Of a DNA stretch of 64,000 nucleotides, positions 58,531 to 64,000 are shown piece after piece; positions within the stretch are counted from its first letter, which is position 1, and every line of letters begins with the position of its first letter. The translations under genes were made by a program, and so were the position numbers. The notes under the pieces were generated by a model, which was not told the DNA's origin, ran no database searches, and worked only from the letters and a program-made list of their open reading frames with translations. The DNA is from an uncultured Gammaproteobacteria bacterium (GTDB lineage Bacteria > Patescibacteriota > Microgenomatia > UBA10105 > UBA927), in NCBI GenBank assembly GCA_964448085.1, contig CAYUUX010000002.1, positions 30,519-94,518 on the forward strand, read 5' to 3'.

Positions 58531-59157
58531 TTATTGGATATTTTGAATGGCTTTTTCTACTTCTATTGCCAAGTCTGCAACCGTGTTGAGGTTCAATTTT
58601 TTCCCATTTAAATAGAATGTCGGTGTTGCGTTGACCCCAATCGTGTTTCCAAGATCAATTTCCTTTGCAACGAGCGTTTTCACTGCATCACTTTTTATAT
58701 CTTGGTTAAACGCTTCTTCACGAAGTCCAAGACGTGCCGCTTCCGATGCGATGCGTGTGGTGCTCAGGTCTTTTTGGTTGGTAAATAACGCATCATGCAT
58801 TTCCCAGTATTTTCCTTGCATGGCTGCAGCCTCAGCCGCGTAGGCGGCGGGGATGGCCATCAGGTGGGAGGGGAGTGGGTAATTCCGATAGACAAAAAAA
58901 AGCGAATCCTTATATGTTTCCGTGAGCTTCTTGACCTCCGGATAAAAGAGCGCGCATGCGGGACATTGGAAGTCGGAAAATTCAACAAGCCAGACGGATG
59001 CGTCTTTTGAACCTAACGTATGCGTTGCTCCCAAGAGAAGCACGTCTTTTTCAATCGGTTTTGCCGGTTTGGTCATGACAAACATAGCAATCGCGACAAT
59101 ACAGGCTGTAACAGCAAATACCCCAATAAAAAGTTTGGATTCACTCGAGAATTTCAT
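58531..59157 (-). CDS. DsbA-family thiol-disulfide oxidoreductase
   Basis: EFSDFQCPAC and GVNATPTF (cis-Pro) motifs. Confidence 0.9.
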   Translation of the reverse strand: MKFSSESKLFIGVFAVTACIVAIAMFVMTKPAKPIEKDVLLLGATHTLGSKDASVWLVEFSDFQCPACALFYPEVKKLTETYKDSLFFVYRNYPLPSHLMAIPAAYAAEAAAMQGKYWEMHDALFTNQKDLSTTRIASEAARLGLREEAFNQDIKSDAVKTLVAKEIDLGNTIGVNATPTFYLNGKKLNLNTVADLAIEVEKAIQNIQ

Positions 59158-59591
59158 ATTTTTTCTCTTTTTGATAACGACAGGCTTTTTAGAGTAAGCG
59201 CAAAAATGATGTACATGTTAACTGCAGATATTCCACACCACATGCAGACCCCGTGTATCAAAAATAATTCCGTATACGTAAACCATGTAACAAATACTAT
59301 GCCAAATAGGGACATACCAAATATTCCCCAGAGAAGCCCCTTATTGTTTTTTACCGTTCTCAGAAACGAAAGCACAAGCAAAAATATGTATCCGGCAACG
59401 CCGACTGCTGGGACTGGAATGCCAAAAGGATACGAAAGAGCACTTTTTCTCACTGCCTCGCACCCACCGCCGGTTAAGCATACAACGCCTGTTTGCCGAA
59501 GAAAACTTTGCAGAACATAGCTTCCCATCAAAAGTCCCGCAAGTGACAAAATAAAAATCACTCTATTTATGGATTTGATTTGAGTATTCAT
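59154..59591 (-). CDS. Vitamin K epoxide reductase (VKOR) family protein
   Basis: C-x5-C..V..S..S, GIPV and CMWC motifs; coupled to DsbA. Confidence 0.88.
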   Translation of the reverse strand: MNTQIKSINRVIFILSLAGLLMGSYVLQSFLRQTGVVCLTGGGCEAVRKSALSYPFGIPVPAVGVAGYIFLLVLSFLRTVKNNKGLLWGIFGMSLFGIVFVTWFTYTELFLIHGVCMWCGISAVNMYIIFALTLKSLSLSKREKI

Positions 59592-59601
59592 AGTATGTCT
59601 A

Positions 59602-61566
59602 TTATGCCATAGGACGTGCAATATTTATACGTGATAATCGAAGGGAATTCAAAACGACGGATAATGAGCTCGCTGCCATAGCAAATGCTGCCATTTGTGG
59701 GGTTAACGTTATACCAAAAGCAGAGAGCGCACCTGTGGCAATGGGTATTAGCACAATGTTGTAGCCAAATGCCCATGCAAGATTCTGTTTCATCGTCTTT
59801 ACCACAGCCCTACTCAAGATGATCATGAACGGAATACGCGTTAAATTATTTGCAAGAACGGTCATATCAGCAGTGGCTTTGGCGATTGCAGAACCGGTTC
59901 CGATTGCCGCACTCACATCTGCGGCGGCAAGTGCTGGAGCATCATTGATACCGTCTCCAATCATCATGATTGGTAGGCTATTTTGCTTGCGAATCGTTGC
60001 TAAAGCGTCCGATTTCCCCTCCGGTTTCACCTCTGCGATGACGTTGGATATGCCAACGTTTGTTGCTTTTGCTTTGGCAACGGCGTACCTGTCGCCCGTC
60101 AATAGCGTTACATCCATCTTCATCTTTTTTAACAATGTTATAGCTGTTGCTGCTTCTGTTCGGACAGGATCATCAACGGCAAAAACCGCAACAAGCGTTT
60201 TGTTATATGCGGCACAGACAATCGTTTTCTCTTCTTTTTCCCACAACGCTATTGTTGTTGCTGCAGCTTGATGAATCGGTATCTTGTGGGAGGAAAGGAA
60301 TTGTGCGGTCCCAATAAACATATCATTGCCACGATAGGATCCTCTTATGCCTTTCCCAGGCTCTGCATGACCATTCGTAGAAATCCTTTGAAACACTATG
60401 TTCTGATTGGAACCCCACGCAAGAAGCGCATTTGCCAAGGGGTGTTCTGATGCGGACTCCAACGCAAGAATTGCCGGTAGGAACCGTTTGTGCAGTATCA
60501 ACGCATCAACAACCTGCGGTTTTCCTTGTGTTATCGTTCCTGTTTTGTCAAAAACGATATGCCGAATTGCGCCTGTTTGTTCAAGCGTACGTGCTGTGCG
60601 AATGAGGACGCCTGCTTTTGCCGCCCTTCCGATACCCACAACGATAGCCATAGGGGTCGCAAGACCAAGGGCACATGGACAAGCAACCACAAGGACTGCA
60701 ATAGTTGCTCTGATTGCTTCTGTGGAATGTCCTGTTGCAAACCAAAAGAGCGCTGTTACAGCAGCGATTCCCAAGATGACAGGTACAAAAACTGCCGATA
60801 TTTGATCTGCTAACTTTGCCATATTCGGTTTTGCATTTTGCGCGTCACGAACGAGTGTTTGGATGTGAGACAAAACGGTATCTTTTCCGATTGCAGTAAC
60901 CGACATCCGTAACACACCTGTTCCATTCATTGTTCCGGCAACTAGGAGGTCGCGCGTTTTTTTAGTCACCGGTATCGGTTCGCCGGTTAACATAGACTCA
61001 TTTACCGAAGACACACCATCAACTACATATCCGTCAACTGGAATACGTTCGCCCGGACGAATTTCCAGGATGTCATTTTTTTCTATCTGTTCTATGGGAA
61101 CGGTTCGTATCTCGTGTCGGAGCACTTTATGACCGGTTGGAGATTCCAGTTTACTTATCTCTCTGAGCGCTGTGTTTGCAGCGCTTTTTGCGCGCGTTTC
61201 CATGAGTTTTCCAAGAAGGACGAGTGTTATGATAACCGTGCTTGAATCAAAAAACATAGCCTTGGGAAGTCCAGAAGCTTTATTGAGAAGTGTTGCGATA
61301 AAATGAAATACGGAATAGCCGTACGCGACGCTTGTCCCCAGCACGATAAGCGTATCCATGCTCGTCGTGCCTGTTTTTATTCCACTTATCGCAGCTTTAT
61401 AAAAATGTCCTCCTCCATAAAATTGTACAATTGAAGCGAAGATCGCTGTTGTAAAAACAACATAGGGTTCCAGATGGATGGGGAGGGGAATTTTAAGTAG
61501 TTCCGGAATCGTTGCGAGAAACACAAAAAACGTACCTATTGCAGACCACCAAAACCGTTTTGTCAT
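59602..61566 (-). CDS. copA: Cu(I)-translocating P1B ATPase CopA (core portion; N-terminal HMA domain separated by in-frame stops)
   Basis: TGEP, CPCALGLATP, DKTGT, HP, GDGIND, YN and MAASS motifs. Confidence 0.93.
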   Translation of the reverse strand: MTKRFWWSAIGTFFVFLATIPELLKIPLPIHLEPYVVFTTAIFASIVQFYGGGHFYKAAISGIKTGTTSMDTLIVLGTSVAYGYSVFHFIATLLNKASGLPKAMFFDSSTVIITLVLLGKLMETRAKSAANTALREISKLESPTGHKVLRHEIRTVPIEQIEKNDILEIRPGERIPVDGYVVDGVSSVNESMLTGEPIPVTKKTRDLLVAGTMNGTGVLRMSVTAIGKDTVLSHIQTLVRDAQNAKPNMAKLADQISAVFVPVILGIAAVTALFWFATGHSTEAIRATIAVLVVACPCALGLATPMAIVVGIGRAAKAGVLIRTARTLEQTGAIRHIVFDKTGTITQGKPQVVDALILHKRFLPAILALESASEHPLANALLAWGSNQNIVFQRISTNGHAEPGKGIRGSYRGNDMFIGTAQFLSSHKIPIHQAAATTIALWEKEEKTIVCAAYNKTLVAVFAVDDPVRTEAATAITLLKKMKMDVTLLTGDRYAVAKAKATNVGISNVIAEVKPEGKSDALATIRKQNSLPIMMIGDGINDAPALAAADVSAAIGTGSAIAKATADMTVLANNLTRIPFMIILSRAVVKTMKQNLAWAFGYNIVLIPIATGALSAFGITLTPQMAAFAMAASSLSVVLNSLRLSRINIARPMA

Positions 61567-61626
61567 GGTATGGAGATACTCTTTCTGTTGTCTTTACATT
61601 TACTCTTCCTGCATGGCCATGTCAGT

Positions 61627-61830
61627 TTATACGACCGGCGTATAACAAAGACGTTGTATTGTTTTATGTACCCCACCAAGGCTTTCAGGAGCGTCTATAT
61701 CAACGGTTGCTTCTTCACTGCCAAAATTCACTTGCGCACTGTTGACCCCTGGTATTTTTTTGAGGGAACGTTCAATAAGTTGCGCGCATGAGGCACAATG
61801 CATGCCAAGAATGGGGATTGTTTGTTTCAT
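61627..61830 (-). CDS. HMA domain, probably the N-terminus of CopA
   Basis: GMHCASC motif; in frame with copA across a 60-nt linker. Confidence 0.75.
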   Translation of the reverse strand: MKQTIPILGMHCASCAQLIERSLKKIPGVNSAQVNFGSEEATVDIDAPESLGGVHKTIQRLCYTPVV

Positions 61831-62111
61831 GCTTGTTTTTTTGCCATCACTTTCATTACTTCGTCGATGACTTCCTGTTGTTTTCCCTGTTTGATCGCAT
61901 CGGCAACGCACGTTTCCAGATGATTTTTTAAAATTACCTGGTCAATCTCACGAAGCGCGGCTTGAACCGCAAGAGACTGATGGATTATATGAATGCAATA
62001 CCGACCTTCCTCAACCATGGAGACTATCCTTGATAGTTGGCCGTTGGCTATTTTAAGACGGTGCAATATTTTGTGTTGTACTGATTGGTCTCGCGGTATA
62101 CCTTTTCCCAT
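61827..62111 (-). CDS. csoR: CsoR family metal-sensing repressor
   Basis: RLKIANGQL, YC...Q..AV and NHLETC motifs. Confidence 0.9.
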   Translation of the reverse strand: MGKGIPRDQSVQHKILHRLKIANGQLSRIVSMVEEGRYCIHIIHQSLAVQAALREIDQVILKNHLETCVADAIKQGKQQEVIDEVMKVMAKKQA

Positions 62112-62131
62112 ATTTTTCCTCCTTGACTTTT

Positions 62132-62149
62132 ATACCCCCCTAGGGGATA
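62132..62149. promoter_or_regulatory. Putative CsoR operator
   Basis: ATACCCCCCTAGGGGATA C/G-tract pseudo-palindrome between divergent csoR and the DsbD_2 gene, flanked by TTGACT and TAGAAT. Confidence 0.7.
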
Positions 62150-62166
62150 GAATAGAATGGTTATTG

Positions 62167-63207
62167 ATGTTTGTCAAGGGTATGCCAAATCTTTGGGTTA
62201 TTTTTCTTACAGGACTTGTTACGGGCGGAATAAGCTGCATGGCGGTGCAAGGGGGACTGCTTGCAAGTGTTTTGGCTGTTGGGGAAACATCCAGGAAGAC
62301 CTGGGCACACACCCTGCGCTCCGTCGTTTTTTTCCTTATCGGAAAGGTGAGCGTATATACTTTATTGGGTGCCTTTCTCGGATTCCTCGGTTCGTCGCTG
62401 CAGCTTTCCATCACCATGAATGCGGTTTTTATGATACTTGCTTCGCTGTTCATGATCTTTTCCGCACTCAATCTTCTCAATGTCCACCCTATATTCCGTT
62501 TCTTTGTGCTACAGCCTCCACGTTTTTTGTATCGGATTGCACGCAGCGAATCGCGTAAAGTCGATTGGTTCGCGCCTTTGGCAATCGGCGTATTAACAGT
62601 ATTTCTTCCTTGTGGCACAACACAGGCAATGATGTTGGAAGCAATGCAGTTTGGCAACCCTTTGTTATCAGCAAGCATTCTTTTTGCGTTTACCATTGGT
62701 ACCATACCGCTTTTTCTTTTGTTCGGGGTGTTTTTTCATGCCGCGTCATCATTTTTTACAAAATATTTTGCTCCTGTTGCAGCGACTCTGGTTATCGGTC
62801 TTGCATTATGGAACCTGTCTAACGTATTTGCTATTGTGGGCTGGGCGACACCAGTTACTCGGTTTGTGCGTTTTGCATATTGCCAGGTCGTTTATTGTGA
62901 CGACATGGTAGCTGTTGGAAACAGTAAATCATTGGAGAATACTCAGGAGCCCGTCATTGTGATCAACGCCACGTCATACGCAATTGAAAATCCATACATT
63001 CCTGCGGGAGCATCGATACGGCTTTCTGTGCGCAACGTTCGCGGAAACGGCTGTATTCAATTTTTTACGATCCCCAAGTTAAACATCCAAAAAGTAATCC
63101 CGGTGGGCACAACGGAAATTATTGAGTTTACCGCACCAGCGGAGAAAGGAGAATTACCGTTCATGTGCAGTATGGGTATGTATAGAGGTATGTTTATTGT
63201 ACGGTAG
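62167..63207 (+). CDS. DsbD_2/TauE-like membrane protein with C-terminal cupredoxin domain
   Basis: SCMAVQGG, FLPCG and FMCSMGMYRG motifs; start 62167 or 62182. Confidence 0.82.
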   Translation: MFVKGMPNLWVIFLTGLVTGGISCMAVQGGLLASVLAVGETSRKTWAHTLRSVVFFLIGKVSVYTLLGAFLGFLGSSLQLSITMNAVFMILASLFMIFSALNLLNVHPIFRFFVLQPPRFLYRIARSESRKVDWFAPLAIGVLTVFLPCGTTQAMMLEAMQFGNPLLSASILFAFTIGTIPLFLLFGVFFHAASSFFTKYFAPVAATLVIGLALWNLSNVFAIVGWATPVTRFVRFAYCQVVYCDDMVAVGNSKSLENTQEPVIVINATSYAIENPYIPAGASIRLSVRNVRGNGCIQFFTIPKLNIQKVIPVGTTEIIEFTAPAEKGELPFMCSMGMYRGMFIVR

Positions 63208-63212
63208 AGACT

Positions 63213-63416
63213 ATGAAAACACTCCAGTTGAAACTTTCCGGCATGCATTGTGCAAGCTGTTCGCTTCTCATTGAAGGCGCTCTGGAAGATATGGGAGTAA
63301 CGGCACACGCAAGTTATGCAAAACAGGTTGTTGATGTTACGTTTGATGAAGGGAAAACAACACTTGCCAAAATAACATCGGCGATTCGATCGCTCGGGTA
63401 TGATGTGACTGTGTGA
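63213..63416 (+). CDS. Copper chaperone (CopZ/HMA)
   Basis: GMHCASC and LGYDV motifs. Confidence 0.9.
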   Translation: MKTLQLKLSGMHCASCSLLIEGALEDMGVTAHASYAKQVVDVTFDEGKTTLAKITSAIRSLGYDVTV

Positions 63417-63417
63417 T

Positions 63418-63840
63418 TTACGCAATAGTGGATAAATATGTTTTGAGCTGTGCCAACGCATCTTCCTCGGAGGAAAAAACGATTTCCTTTTTTACAGAAG
63501 GGCATCCCCGAAGCATTCTGCTGACATTCTTTCCTTGTTCATACAAAATAACCACGGGTTTACCCGTATGGTGTGCATGCTCAATCTCTATACCCGTACC
63601 CGTCGTCGGTTCTCCTATATAGGCAATCATCACGTCACTCGTATCCAGTTGGGCAATATCTCGTTGGTAAACTTCCCGGGCTGGAACGTCGGGATTGAGA
63701 ACTGGATCTGTTCCATTCATGAATGCCCAGAAATAGTCAAAGCCTAATTCTTGTGCAACTCCAGCCATCTTTTTATAAAATGACTTTGTTTTTTCAGGAT
63801 TTTTTAGGTCTGTAAGCGGGCCTGCAAAAAAGACTTTCAT
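63418..63840 (-). CDS. Nucleoside 2-deoxyribosyltransferase/DNPH1 family protein
   Basis: VFFAGP, RDIAQLDTSD, GTGIEI and SRMLRG motifs. Confidence 0.85.
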   Translation of the reverse strand: MKVFFAGPLTDLKNPEKTKSFYKKMAGVAQELGFDYFWAFMNGTDPVLNPDVPAREVYQRDIAQLDTSDVMIAYIGEPTTGTGIEIEHAHHTGKPVVILYEQGKNVSRMLRGCPSVKKEIVFSSEEDALAQLKTYLSTIA

Positions 63841-64000
63841 AGATTGTCATTGTATCGTACGTGTTTTTGTATAGCAAGCGTATCTCCCCCGGCGTTTGGA
63901 CAACAAAGACGCCCTTTTTCTGGGGGACTTACACAAAATTCTATTGCATGCTATAGTTCTGATTGTTATTTATTTTTATCGTAAAGGAGTATTGTATGGC

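Noticed and set aside
61594-61629. TAA-to-Glu genetic code reassignment
   Set aside because: TAA is the normal stop of many conserved genes in the window (ftsH, valS, rplY, rpmH).
1-64000. CRISPR arrays, rRNA, IS transposases, reverse transcriptases or prophage genes
   Set aside because: No regularly spaced repeats or diagnostic motifs were noticed by eye or in the ORF track.

Overview
This is a 64-kb, gene-dense bacterial chromosomal segment using the standard genetic code. Its gene content points to a Patescibacteria/CPR (Microgenomates-like) genome, which is an inference: archaeal-type PyrH, stand-alone 5'-3' exonuclease, short ValRS, DUF5652/DUF5654/DUF4012-type proteins, ATP-dependent DNA ligase, many glycosyltransferases and many apparently leaderless promoters. 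It holds two surface-glycan clusters (1-12.2 kb and 19.2-27.5 kb), housekeeping genes (ftsH, trpS, valS, efp-epmA, nth, rplY, rnhA, jag-yidC-yidD-rnpA-rpmH, recF, pth), three tRNAs (Trp-CCA and two CAT), a Fic/ligase/EndoQ block and a CsoR copper locus with DsbA/VKOR. The most striking feature is a ~200-nt non-coding leader at 18973-19180 on the minus strand with T-box riboswitch architecture. It has an ultrashort Stem I with a UGG (Trp) codon in its loop, a 7-nt UGGCACA antiterminator bulge matching the G73-CCA end of tRNA-Trp, and a mutually exclusive intrinsic terminator. It sits directly upstream of tRNA-Trp, trpB2 and a trpS fused to a tRNA-binding OB domain, forming a compact, apparently self-sensing tryptophan salvage-and-charging unit. 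Also notable are a copA gene split by three in-frame TAA codons that look like clustered G>T changes, rpmH and recF adjacent without dnaA-dnaN, a non-canonical initiator-like tRNA and a stand-alone RnlA-like HEPN protein. All calls come from reading the sequence by eye; no searches were run.
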